This document shows positions 27,785 to 39,584 of a stretch of DNA of 64,000 bases, piece by piece. Origin of the DNA: Schizochytrium sp. TIO01 (Eukaryota > Protista > Bigyra: Labyrinthulomycetes); assembly GCA_004764695.1 (NCBI GenBank), contig SMSO01000007.1, positions 2,487,270 to 2,551,269 on the forward strand, given 5' to 3'. Each line of letters starts with the position of its first letter. Within the stretch, counting starts at the first letter, position 1. The position numbers and the translations under genes were made by a program. The notes beneath the pieces were generated by a model that ran no database searches, had not been told where the DNA came from, and saw only the letters and a program-made list of their open reading frames with translations.

Positions 27785-29492
27785 TCTGTTTTCTCTTCTT
27801 TCTAAATGCCTTTGAACAAAAAGAGAGAAAGAAAGAAAAGGAGAAAGAAACAGACACCTTGTGAGGGCGCCAGAAGGAAGAAGAGGTGGAGCGCAGAGTG
27901 ACTGTGAGGGGAAACCTGAGAGGGAGAGGGAGAGAGACGAGCGAGAAAGAGGGAAGCGCCCAAGAAGACTCCGTACGGGTTGCCTACCGCAGGCTAGGGT
28001 ACGCGTGAAAGAAAAAGGAGGAGCAGAAAGAAAGAAACAACAGCGCCGGTCGATTCCTAGGAGAATGAATAGTCAACCATCGTAGTGCCACTTAGTTTCT
28101 GAACGAAGCGCATTGCTAACTTAGAGTATGCAGGATCGAAGGAGAAGAAGGAGGAGAGATGAAGGGGCATAATATAACAGCGCTGAGAAAGATAGAAGAA
28201 ATGCGTACATACACATAGGAAGTTGGCACGAGGGAAGAAAGAAAGAAAGAAAGAAACAAACAAACAAACAAACAAAGAGAAAAAGAAAGAAGGAGAAAAG
28301 GAGAGAAAGAGAGAAAGAGAGAAAGAAAGAAAGAAAGAAAGAGGGAAGGGAGGCCTAGCGGGGGCCTAGGCGCGGCTAGCGACTGCCTATTGAAAAGGAG
28401 GCGAGCAGGCGAGGTGGAGCGAGCTCCGTCGCGAGTCCAGCAAACCCTCAATTCAAAACCCGAACGTGAGCGAGCTCGGCCAGGCATTGGCGGAGCGCGC
28501 AGCGTTGCTTGACGGGAGCGACGCAAGAAGGTAGGTTATTCAAGAAGACAAACAACACCACCAAGTTCAAGACAGCGGCAGCCAGCCTGCCACCCCCGCC
28601 CCAAGCGAAGAACCAGCACTAGATAGATGCAAGTGAAGGACGAGCCTTTGCTTTGCCTGTCTGCTGCTTGCAGTGAGCAGCCACTCGTGCGAGAAGGACA
28701 AACAGACGGCAGGAGAGCAGGACACGGGCGCCGCGTTGTTGGCCCCCGCGGTGCTGGGCCCTGGTCCTTTGTTTGTTTGACTGTGCGCCTGGCGGCTTGG
28801 CTGGCTTGGCTGTGTTGTGTTGTTTTGTTTTGTGTGTCTTTTCAAATCCGCTCATTTATCAAAGCATCACTCCTTCTTCCCAAAGCAAATGGAATAGTGG
28901 TGGATTCCCCGTGTTCCCGCTCAACATGGGAGGCGGCGTCCTCGTGTCCCGTAAGGATTGCACCACTGATGTTGTTGCTGCTGCTCCAGGTAACGCAGTG
29001 CTGGAAACAGGACTGGTGTACCAGAGAGAATTTGCGGGGTTGCTTGTACAAGTGCCTTGCAAGGCCGGCTCCCTACCATTCAGATCTGCTCTGCGGGATC
29101 ACGCAGGTGCTGTTCGCGTAAACTTCGGTTTCGATGGTGGGGATATGAGTCTCTGTGGCACAGCAGCACTGGAACGCTGGGGTGGTGGTGAAGTGCAGTT
29201 TCTCCATGGTACTTTGGCTCGGCTGCTTGGTACATTTATCAACACACAACAGATGTGCTCTGACTTGTAGGAGCTATCTAAGTCATCGGTAGTGTTGTAG
29301 ATGCCAGAGAGCAAAAGTAAGCAAAGTACCCCCTATTGCGCCATATTTTACAATGGTACTGTAGCGGCTTCCTGGGGGCAGAGGTGGTGTCCTTGAATAT
29401 CAACTTTGTCTCTTAGGGAAATGGACTAGCGATGCACAGGATGGGCGGGCATAGTGAAAGTATAGTAGGATTATGTGTTGTGAACAGTGAAA

Positions 29493-29544
29493 GCTAACTT
29501 GTGATACACGATGAATGCATTGGTACATTTGAAAAAATCTGCAG
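29493..29544 (+). other. Putative branch point and 3' splice acceptor of a 5'-UTR intron of the H+-ATPase gene
   Basis: GCTAAC at 29493-29498 is followed by an AG-free stretch ending in CTGCAG at 29544, 40 nt before the ATG. An in-frame TGA at 29576 fixes 29585 as the start. The donor is uncertain (candidates GTAAGG 28951, GTAACG 28990, GTAAGC 29317). Confidence 0.5.
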
Positions 29545-29584
29545 TTTAGACTCGTATAGTCAAGTAAATTCATTTTGAGGAACC

Positions 29585-32500
29585 ATGAGTCTCGAGCAGG
29601 ATAAGACAGCCACGGCTGAGCCCGTGGCGGAGGAATCGTCCACCCAGGCGATTGACTCCACCCCGGCCGCTGCCAAGGCCCCGGAGACCACCTCTGCGCC
29701 GGCACCGACTGAGTCCCACCCCGAGAAGGAGTCCCTTCACACCATGAAGGAGCTCGTCAACGACACCGCTCGTCAGCAGATGGACGATGTTGGCAACGAC
29801 GACGAATTTGACATTGCCGCCCTCACCATTGAGGAGGCTCTCGCCAAGTTCAACACCAACCGTAACGGTCTCACCTCAGGCGAGGCTGCTGCCCGTCTCG
29901 AGAAGTACGGTCCCAACGCCCTTCCCGAGAAGTCCGAGAGCAAGCTTATGAAGTTTCTTGCTTTTATGTGGAACCCTCTTTCCTGGGTCATGGAGGCTGC
30001 CGCTATTGTCGCCATCGTGCTCTCCAACGGTCCCCAGCCGTACCTCTTCCCCAACGACCAGTGGGCCCCGTACGACTCTGGTACCCCTTACGAGGAGGGC
30101 ACCAGCCCTCCCCCTGATTACCCTGATTTCATTGGTATCGTTCTGCTTCTCCTCGCTAACTCCTGCATTGGTTACTACGAGGAGTCTAAGGCCGGTGATG
30201 CCGTCGCCGCTCTCATGGACCAGCTCTCCCCCGAATGTAAGGCTAAGCGTGACGGCCAGTGGGTGACCATTGCCGCCAAGGAGCTCGTCCCTGGTGATAT
30301 CGTGACCATTAAGCTTGGTGACATTATCCCCGCTGATATGAAGGTCCTCGAGGGTGAGCCCCTCAAGGTTGACCAGGCTGGTCTCACTGGTGAGTCCCTC
30401 CCTGTGACTAAGGAGCCTGGTGATGAGGTCTACTCTTCTTCCGTCGTCAAGCGTGGTGAGATTGACTGCATGGTCCACGCCACCGGTCTCAACACCTTCT
30501 TCGGTAAGGCCGCCAACCTTGTCTCTGAGACCGAGGAGCACGGCCACTTGCAGCAGGTTCTCTCCGCCATCGGTCTCTTCTGTATGTCCTACATTGCTCT
30601 CTGGGTTGTCATCGTTGTCATTGTCACCCCGTCTGCTTACACCTGGTACTACCGTGGTATCATCAACGTCGTGCTCGTCTTGCTCATTGGTGGTATCCCC
30701 ATTGCCATGCCCACTGTGCTTTCCGTCACCATGGCTCTCGGTGTGAACGAGCTCGCCAAGCAGGATGCCATCGTCACCCGTATCACCGCTGTCGAGGAGA
30801 TGGCTGGTATGGATGTTCTCTGCTCTGATAAGACCGGTACTCTCACCCTCAACCAGCTTACCGTCGATACCCCCTCCACTTGCGGTGAGTTCTCCGCCTC
30901 CGAGGTTATCCGTGCTGCCGCCCTTGCTGCCAAGCGTGAGGGTGACCCTGATGCTATCGACAAGTGCATTGCTGAGGCTGCTATCGCCCAGGGCCTTAAC
31001 TTCGATGACTTTGAGATGTCTCACTTCTTCCCCTTCGACCCTGTTGGCAAGCGTACCCAGGCTACCCTTAAGCACAAGGCTAACGGCAACGTCTACGTTG
31101 TGTCCAAGGGTGCTCCCCAGGTTATGATTGACCTTGCATGGAACGCTGACGAGATCCGCGGTGCCCAGGAGAAGCAGATTGAGGACTTTGCCCTCCGTGG
31201 TCTTCGTGCCATTGGTGTCGCTGAGAAGCACGGCGAGGATGGCAAGTGGGAGTTCATGGGTCTTATCCCCCTCCTTGACCCGCCCCGTCACGATACCAAG
31301 CAGACCATTGATGAGGCTCAGCGTCTTGGTGTTGCTGTCAAGATGATTACTGGTGATCAGGTCGCTATCGGAAAGGAGACTGCCCGCCGTCTTGGTATGG
31401 GTCTTAACTTCCACAACGCCAAGATTCTCCGCCAGGAGTTCGTCGAGGGTATCCCCATTGTTGATATTGTTGAGGAGGCTGACGGATTTGGTGAGGTGTT
31501 CCCTGAGGATAAGTACCGCGCTGTCGAGATTCTCCGTGCCTCTAAGCGTGGCCCCTTCGGTGGCAACCACATTGTTGGTATGACTGGTGATGGTGTGAAC
31601 GATGCCCCTGCTCTCAAGGCCGCTGATGTTGGTATTGCTGTCTCTGATGCCACTGATGCTGCCCGTGCCGCCTCCGATATGGTTCTCCTTACCCCCGGTC
31701 TTAACGTTATCATCCACGCTATCATTGGTTCCCGTAAGATTTTCCAGCGCATGAAGAACTACGCCATGTACGCCTGTGCCACCACTGTCCGTATCGTTAC
31801 TACCTTCGGTCTCCTCTGTGCTGCCTTCCAGTTCTCCTTCCCTCCCTTCATGGTTCTTCTTATTGCCTACCTTAACGATGGTACCATTATGACCATCTCC
31901 AAGGATAACGCTTCCCCATCTCCCACTCCCGATGCCTGGCGTCTTAAGGAGATTTTCTCCCTCGGTGCCGTCATTGGTATCTGGCTCACCATGTCCACCA
32001 TTGTGTTCTTTATCATCATCATCTACACCGACTTCTTTGACAACCTCGCCCCCAAGTCTCCCAACCTTCTCCCCAAGGTCGATGACAAGTGCTACTTCTA
32101 CAACTCCACCACCGCTCTCGAACGCGCTGCTGGTGTTGTTGATGGCTGCACTGGTACCTTCAGCACCGAGTGCTACACCAACATGGTTGCCGAGACCTTT
32201 GCCAACATTGCAAGCCTTCGCTACGCCCCTGAGAACGACTGCCTTTCTGCTTACCAAGCCACCTACGGTAACAACTTTGTCGGTCGTCGCCTGAATGCTG
32301 TCGTCTACCTCCAGGTTTCCATCACTGGTCAGCTTGTTATCTTCTCCACCCGTAGCCGCACCTTCTTCTTCCAGGGCGCTCCCCCCTCCCCCTGGCTCAT
32401 GGGCGCCGTCGCTCTTGCCCAGTTCGTCGCCACCTTCCTTGTTGTGTACGCTGACTGGCCCTTCACTGCCATTTCTCCTATTGGCTGGGGCTGGGCTGGT

Positions 32501-32743
32501 ATTATCTGGGTCTGGTCCATCATCTGGTTCCTTCCCGTCGATCTCTGGAAGATTGTCACTCTCTGGCTTCTCTACGGCAACCCCTGGAAGGCCGCCTCCG
32601 AGCAGCGTCTTATGCTCAGCCTTGCCGTCAACGGTGGTGCTTCCCACCTCGGCTCCCGCGCTGGCTCCCGCCGTGCGCCCAACTCTCGTGCCTATGCTCG
32701 CGCATCAGCAGCCCGTGCTGCCGCCCGTGCGTCTCGTCGCTGA
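29585..32743 (+). CDS. PMA1: Plasma-membrane H+-exporting P-type ATPase (P3A family), 1052 aa
   Basis: Motifs: FMWNPLSWVME, TGES, GGIPIAMPTVLSVTMA, phosphorylation site CSDKTGTLT, KGAPQ, MITGDQ, GMTGDGVNDAPALK, and LNDGTIMTI carrying the proton-acceptor Asp. Extreme codon bias indicates high expression. Confidence 0.98.
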   Translation: MSLEQDKTATAEPVAEESSTQAIDSTPAAAKAPETTSAPAPTESHPEKESLHTMKELVNDTARQQMDDVGNDDEFDIAALTIEEALAKFNTNRNGLTSGEAAARLEKYGPNALPEKSESKLMKFLAFMWNPLSWVMEAAAIVAIVLSNGPQPYLFPNDQWAPYDSGTPYEEGTSPPPDYPDFIGIVLLLLANSCIGYYEESKAGDAVAALMDQLSPECKAKRDGQWVTIAAKELVPGDIVTIKLGDIIPADMKVLEGEPLKVDQAGLTGESLPVTKEPGDEVYSSSVVKRGEIDCMVHATGLNTFFGKAANLVSETEEHGHLQQVLSAIGLFCMSYIALWVVIVVIVTPSAYTWYYRGIINVVLVLLIGGIPIAMPTVLSVTMALGVNELAKQDAIVTRITAVEEMAGMDVLCSDKTGTLTLNQLTVDTPSTCGEFSASEVIRAAALAAKREGDPDAIDKCIAEAAIAQGLNFDDFEMSHFFPFDPVGKRTQATLKHKANGNVYVVSKGAPQVMIDLAWNADEIRGAQEKQIEDFALRGLRAIGVAEKHGEDGKWEFMGLIPLLDPPRHDTKQTIDEAQRLGVAVKMITGDQVAIGKETARRLGMGLNFHNAKILRQEFVEGIPIVDIVEEADGFGEVFPEDKYRAVEILRASKRGPFGGNHIVGMTGDGVNDAPALKAADVGIAVSDATDAARAASDMVLLTPGLNVIIHAIIGSRKIFQRMKNYAMYACATTVRIVTTFGLLCAAFQFSFPPFMVLLIAYLNDGTIMTISKDNASPSPTPDAWRLKEIFSLGAVIGIWLTMSTIVFFIIIIYTDFFDNLAPKSPNLLPKVDDKCYFYNSTTALERAAGVVDGCTGTFSTECYTNMVAETFANIASLRYAPENDCLSAYQATYGNNFVGRRLNAVVYLQVSITGQLVIFSTRSRTFFFQGAPPSPWLMGAVALAQFVATFLVVYADWPFTAISPIGWGWAGIIWVWSIIWFLPVDLWKIVTLWLLYGNPWKAASEQRLMLSLAVNGGASHLGSRAGSRRAPNSRAYARASAARAAARASRR

Positions 32744-34655
32744 TTTTCTTACTCTGATGACAAAATTTACCACGTTTCATTACCCCCACCCACTACAAGA
32801 AAATTTAAAATTAGCTCATCCGTTGCACACACTCGTACTGTAGTTTCCCAGATAGCCAACTCGGATACGATCTCGAACATGAATGATTTTTGCATGATGC
32901 TAAACAAATCAAATACAACAACCTTTTGTCTATTCCATACTCCTAGAACACAATTTTCGAGCTCTCTTAATCATTTGTCAAAGCTATCTTCCAAACTTTT
33001 ATGAATTCACATCTTCAAATCTTCGTTTTGCTAACTTTTGGTCTTAAAAAAGGAGGAAGTATGTCCCAAGATGAAACCCTTTCTTAATGTTTGATCGCGC
33101 AAGTCTTGTGACCGCTTGTTCCAAGGGAACGAACCGGAGAAAAGCTTACTTTTTCGATAGAATTATATTCAAGTCTAATGAGTCAGTGGGTCCTTGGGGG
33201 ATTCTTCATAACCTAACAGACAGAAATTTGAACCTTTGATATCCTCATTCTGCTGACGACTCCTTCAGATGGGTCCTGACAACATCTTATTGTTATAATT
33301 AAAATTTCTTTTTGCAATTTGTCTTTTGCGAACCAAGGCTCTGGCTACACGGGCCTCTTTGTTTCCGACTATTCCCTAAAGCTGGTAACCTCATAAAACT
33401 CTCTTAGGGTAATACTACTTGTTATTACTGCTTGACTGCCTGCTCAAATTATAAAATGATGCTGTTTATACAGTTATTTGCAAAATCAATTATTGCCAAC
33501 TAACTAGTATTGCTTTGCGAGTTGAATAACTCAAGAAAATTTATCTACCCTATACAGATGTCTTGACTTTTTTTGCATACGCCAACAATCACTGGTCTCA
33601 AGCATTCATTGGTACAACAAGTGCTAAAACTGATTTCATCCTCCAGACGTGCACCCCCAATCCTTGTGTTATTTTCTTAAACAATCGAAAGGCATTATAG
33701 AAATATAAAACATGAATAAGCACAAATAAAGAACAGGATTACGATTTTCGAACTTTGCTTCCTCCACTCAGATTCTTAAGTGTAGCCTGACCTAATCTAC
33801 ATCCTAGTTTGGTTAGTTTTCAATAAGATCTTCACTGATGCAAGGTCGCCTAGGAGTTGACTAATGAGGATCATTAAGACTTCGTCAGCCACCCAATATG
33901 TTGCCTTCAAAACTCAACAATATTCTGACCTTGGGACGATCAATATGTACCAAGGGGTGGACAAGTCTTTGTTTCGTTAACTAAACTAGGTCACTCGGTC
34001 ACATTTAATTGTACCATAAATAACAAAGAGAGTGCATTGGGTTCGCTTCTTCAAACTCCAATCCAGATTGACTTTACCCTTACGCATTTCCCTGAGCTAA
34101 GCAATTTATTTTTAAATCCTTTAGCGAGTCCCTCCACTTCACGCAACTTCGCACCTAATTGCCTACTTCTAATCTTATACGATTCCAAATATTTGAAGGA
34201 TTCAATACGATATCTACCAAAGAATCGATGAAAGCCTGGTCTGCATGCGGGTCTATCCAATTGATGATTTCTGTATTCATTGGAGGTACTACTTCGAGCC
34301 GCGCATGATTTATTATAGAGGATGTAACATCAAAGCTCAGACGGACTTTTCTGGTCTTCGTCTTGCTCCTAGATACAAGACAACTCTGAAACGAATACAT
34401 GTTTGTCATGAAGAGACATTATCTGTCATGAGTCTCGAATGGATTTAGACTCTAGGAACTGAGATTGTTTGTTTAGTGCCTTCGGGCAGATCATGGAAAT
34501 ATGAGCTTCTACGTCAAGCTTGCAAATATGAGTGTTGCTCATCAAAATTATCCATGCCTACTTCTGTTTGAGCGAATTTGTTGATACTTCAAGTCTCCTC
34601 GCTGTATGAGGTTAAAACCTACGGAACCCAGAAATACTCACGGCCTGTTTCTATT

Positions 34656-35114
34656 TCAACATGAAGCCATATTTACTTTGTTCAAGGTTTTTTGTGGCTT
34701 TTCGGTTATTTTTGTTGTTGCTCTGCCTTTGCCCTGCCTTTCCACGCCAGCATCTACTGCAACTCGAGGCTTGGCTTTAGATAGATCCCGTTTCTCAGCA
34801 TAAGGACCCCGTGCAAACTTCCCAGCATGATGACTAAATCCACACCAACGTTTTCGATGAACACAAGCTTCGCAGCGTCCATCATAATGGTTTCCTAGTT
34901 CACGCCTCTCTTCTCGACGACGCTCATTTCTCGCACGTGCAAGTCCGTTAAGAGCGGGCTGTCGAGCATCACTCCCGGTAAGCTCCACTTCGCTAATTTC
35001 GTTTGACGGCTCAAGCTGGCCGGACCGCCGCATCGCTCGCGCACGACGCCGCACACGTCGCTGCAGCGCGATTTCTGCAGCCACAGCGCGGGCTAGGGTC
35101 TCTCTGTCAGTCAT
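34656..35114 (-). CDS. Hypothetical basic protein with a CxxC-x3-K-x2-C (Zn-cluster-like) motif, ~152 aa; may be a first exon or a relic
   Basis: GC-richer open frame from ATG 35114 (MTDRETLARAVAAE...) within AT-rich DNA. It has Arg-rich helices and the segment RCEACVHRKRWCGFSHH. Confidence 0.4.
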   Translation of the reverse strand: MTDRETLARAVAAEIALQRRVRRRARAMRRSGQLEPSNEISEVELTGSDARQPALNGLARARNERRREERRELGNHYDGRCEACVHRKRWCGFSHHAGKFARGPYAEKRDLSKAKPRVAVDAGVERQGKGRATTKITEKPQKTLNKVNMASC

Positions 35115-35425
35115 TGGAGGCGCCAGGGAAAACACAAGTTGCCACGACCTGAACCCCAACTAGTTACAGCGAAAGTGCTGAGCCAGCTTTCTTTGCTTTG
35201 CGATATAAGTTGCGAGTTAAATGGAGCAAATGTATTACCTAGGCACGTGTGAACAACCAGTTTATAAGAGAAGCTATAACGGATGAGTGTGTGATACACA
35301 ATAAAAAGGGTTAGTAACAAAGCTAATTTTGTTAGTTTGCTAGTTTATAGTCATAATGATGCAATAATAGACTTTGTGCTTTATAAAGAAAGGTGCCAAG
35401 CCCTCGGTAGAATTTTATGTCATTC

Positions 35426-35452
35426 TTTTTTTTTTTGGGGGGGGGGGGGGGG
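35426..35452. repeat. Homopolymer T11-G16
   Basis: Directly read. Confidence 0.9.
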
Positions 35453-37927
35453 TGCATGCATATATTGAAGTAAATGTCATGCCAGGATGTTGCCTGCAAG
35501 CTTTCCTTTGAAAATGTGTCTTCGGAACTCTTTGGTGTAGAGCTATACATTAATGATTCTTTTTGAGATTCAGAGTACACACTCCATTTCGTATGTAAAG
35601 TTTTTTTAATCTACAAGTTCACAAACACAACCAGAAAACCTATCTTACTGGAACTGTTGGATTGTGTATCAGCACGAAAGTGTGAGCAGCTTCTATATCC
35701 GGACAGTACCCCAACAATGTTGAATGCTATTTCAGTGCTCACAAACTTACTTAGGTCATCGCACGAGGAAAGACTCCAAGAATAAAACTTCTGCATGTAG
35801 AGGCTAGTAGTGCTAATGAAGAAAAATGATATTGGAGAGCGTATAGATATTTTAAAGATATCTGGGCATATAAAGGGCGCCAACTACAACTCAGATAAAG
35901 TAGTGCTGGAAGAATGTAACCATGATCGCAAATAGAACTAATGGAGGATGTGTTTTGCAATTCCACCCTGTGGTTTGGTTTACACATATTTGTACTAAAC
36001 AAATAGATGAATCACACTACTACAACAGTAACTTGATTTCAAGACTGTCATCTCCGAACCTAGCAAGCTAGCTTCTGGCCATATTATCATAAGGCTCAAG
36101 ACGCAGTTACGTAGAAGTGCCTATCTTAGAATTCAAAAGCTTCCGATTGCGGCTTATAAGCAAACGTTCTGCACCGAGGTGAAAGACTATTCATTGAGGA
36201 TCCTTCATATTGGCTCAAGAACTGTGAATTGTTACTCTCGTCAGTCACATCATAAGGTCTAGTCTTAATTCTTGTGAATTGTGTTGTTCAAAGCAACAAT
36301 CGAAAGCGAAAGAAAGTATGAATCAATAAGAAGCCTGTGTTCACTAAGGAACGCTGCAGGGAACGCGTGAGAGCTCTTTTTAACCGATGACTATAAAAGC
36401 TAGAAGTTTGATGCATTTGAAGTAAATTTGTTCAGTTGGTCGACACCAAAAGAAATGGTTGGAGATGCACTACGTGAAATTCTCACCCCCGATTGTATCC
36501 AAGATGATTATAAGTGAATCAAACCATTGAGATTATATCGACTTCTCGAATGGACTTTCGAGATTATCAAATCGCTAACACATAAGGATCAACTTAACTT
36601 TCTTCCTTTTTTTAATCCCTTTCTCAAAAGGTTATCACGGTTTCTGTCCTCATTTTTGATCAGTTCTTATCAAGCTCCACAAGTCTCAGGTTTTCACACG
36701 CTTCACATGATAATTTTGTAGAATTTAGTGATATTCATTATTGAATCGCTTTTTACGACTTCTAAATGCAAGTTGACCTGCTTTGGTCTAGCCAAGCTCT
36801 ATGCGAAGAATGTTATCGAAGAATGATCATGGAACACTATCCTAACCATGCATTCAAATTTTCGTGTCTGAGGAAGATCGCACATGCGTCCTGGTCTCTT
36901 TATCATCTTCAACTCAGGTAGGTTAAAATCTATGTGATATATTCTTGCATTCTTTTGATGGCGGTGGTCTTAAAGTGCGCTTCAGAAGGATCAGCATTTT
37001 ACTGGTTCTGATAGATATATATAGCTCCATCCCTAAAACATTCTAAGTACGTCGGTCATCCGTTGCTACGGTTTGCCATAAGAAAAATTGTCACATAGCT
37101 CTTCAAGACTTGTGATGTACTCAGCACCTTTACTCAACATGGGTATCTATTTCATTTCAATAAAATACGAGGCGAGAAACATGTCATAGTTTTATATGCC
37201 TCGCATTTTCGCAGAGAGATTTCGCAATACTATGCTGAAAAGAGAAGGAATGAGTCGCATACAACCTCTAGACATAGATGCATGCACAGAGTAAAACCAA
37301 ATACACCTGCCGGAGACGAAAACGATAGCAAGCTGCGTAAATCCCCTTCGATCAAAGCAGTTCAAGCTCCTTTATGTGGGTGGTCCAAGTTTTATGCACT
37401 AAGAGTCTCAAAGAGAACCAATGACGCTTGCTGTGGAAGGTACTAGAGTATACGAGGATAAGATGATTACCCAAAACTGGGCACATGATTCTATTCTATC
37501 TCATAGCTTCGTCTATTTCATCCCAAACCTAGTAGTTGTTACAAGGTTGCTCGTAGCCCAGTGAGCATTGTTTTCTCACTACGTCAATTTTTTGTAGCTA
37601 GGATTTACTGCTAATGAGGGTACCATACCTAGCTAAGACAAAATGGGAGCCAAAGCAATTAAATTGCTCTATGCAGTTTCTGCAAAGGCCCTGAGAGTTT
37701 AGACGGCTGTCTTGGTTGCACTCGCCCACGAACTCTCTGTAGAGGAGTCTTGACATTAAGCTCTACCATAGGAGCGCCAGGTTCCGTGTTTATGTCAGTG
37801 TGTCACTCGCAAAGCAAAGATCAAGACAGTCACAAACAAATAGGTTCATTGACCAATTGATTGAGCAGTGTCGTGTCCGTGTATCAAAGGCGACGAAGCA
37901 CCTGTGCAAGTCTGCAACAGCGTAGTC

Positions 37928-39254
37928 ATGTCTGAAATATCTACAGGGCGAGGCCAAAGCCTTGTGGTAGCCCAGTGCGTTGCAGGAATATTAATAGGAT
38001 GTATGGTGAATGTGGTTTTTCTGGTACGTGACAAGATTATATTGACAGGTGAGATAGCTATCATTATGAAAGCGTAAACTACAAAGCAAGATAGCTGACA
38101 TATGCTTCAAACTTCAAACCTGCTTTCGGTTATATGATATGGTAAATTGATATGGCAAATGAACTAATAACGCGTAGGAGATGATCACTAGTCGAGATCC
38201 GGGCGCTGGTGGCCTCATCACGCTGGCTCAGTTTACTTTTGTCACTTTAGTTGGACTCCCTGACGTCATGGCCTGGGGTGGCAACAGAGGAATCTTCAAG
38301 CAACGCGGAATGCCACTGTGGTTCCATGCCTTTATTACAGCGACTTTCTTCACTGTCTCTCTCCTCAACAACATGGCTCTCAAGTACCAGATTGCTATGC
38401 CTCTGCATATGGTCTTTCGCGCAAGCAGTCTTGCTGCATCACTTTTGCTCGGCTACCTTGCTTTTGGAAAGCGGTACGAAGCACACCAAGTGCGTGGTGT
38501 TCTATTGGTCTCCATTGGTATTTTTATCGCTACTTGGGCAGACGCACAACAAAAACAAGAGATTGCAGGTCAAGCAGCCCTGGGCGCTGATTGCTGCAAC
38601 CAAAATCAGTTCACAGAATCGAATGATGCTGTACCAGACGGAGCAATCAACGAGCTAACAAATAACGAAGTCGACAAAGACCCCTTCCATCAATGGCTCT
38701 TTGGGCTCGGTCTCCTCACTATTGCGCTCTTCCTGAGTGCCGCACTTGGGCACTTTCAGGAACGGGGATACCAGAAATGGGGTAAACACTCTGTCGAGCT
38801 GAAGTTCTATTCCCATGCAATGGCTCTTCCGTGGTTTGTTGTTTTCCGCGGTCAAGATATATTCACCCATGCCCAACATTGGATAACCTCGCCCAGTCTC
38901 GCCGATACGCTTGCATCGCAAGGCGGCATTGCGAATACAATCAGTACTCTTCTACCCCCAACACTTGCAAATATTCCGCTCCTTTGGTGGCTACTTCTAG
39001 GGAACGTGCTTTCTCAGCTGGTGTGTATCTCCCATGTTTATCGTCTTACAGCAGTTTCTTCGACTCTCACGTGCACAATGACAATTACTTTTCGCAAGTT
39101 TCTTAGCATCATTTTTAGCGTCGTCTATTTCCAAAACCCCTTTTCTCTTAAACACTGGACTGGGACCTGCCTTGTATTCCTCGGTGTTGGGTTTTACAGT
39201 GGTCTGATCGCACTTCCCAAGGCAAAGTCCGACAAGACAACAAAGGTTGAATAA
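37928..39254 (+). CDS. SLC35B4: UDP-xylose/UDP-GlcNAc nucleotide-sugar transporter (SLC35B4/YEA4-like, UAA family), 390 aa, 2 exons: 37928-38023 and 38178-39254
   Basis: Exon 1 (MSEIST...GCMVNVVFL) ends at a GTACGT donor. The 154-nt intron has a CTAAT branch site and a TAG acceptor. The in-frame join gives GCMVNVVFLEMITSRDPGAGGLITLAQF, matching the SLC35B4 N-terminus. Also present: NNMALKYQIAMPLHMVFRA, FYSHAMALP, TFRKFLSIIFSVVYFQNPF and a Lys-rich C-terminal tail. Confidence 0.9.
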
Positions 39255-39584
39255 ACCCCTGACCTGTGTTTCGACTGGCATGCTTCTTGACTTCCAGTTC
39301 CAACTCGTCAAGACAACAAGAAATCGCTGCGAAAGCATTATATTTTTAAAGCAGCAAACCCCGGACCCCACTCATGTCCTTGGCGTATATATCACGCTTT
39401 TAAACAAAGAACTTTTGGCGTCTAAACCTTTTCATGCTTGGCTTTGAAAAGAAAAAAATGTTACCACGATCTTTGGGGAAAGTCGATCTTCTTTTGGGTT
39501 TTGGGTGTCACAATAAATGTTGAACAGGCATTATGAACGTAGCTAGCAAGTTCGTCTTCAAAGTAACCCTTCATGATGACATTC

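Noticed and set aside
29876-32647. 923-aa antisense ORF over the H+-ATPase
   Set aside because: It is a shadow of codon bias. The sense gene avoids TTA, CTA and TCA, whose complements are stops, and the antisense ORF ends exactly at a rare TCA codon (29876).
37868-38077. 69-aa ORF treated as a separate gene
   Set aside because: It is exon 1 of the SLC35B4-like gene read through into the intron.
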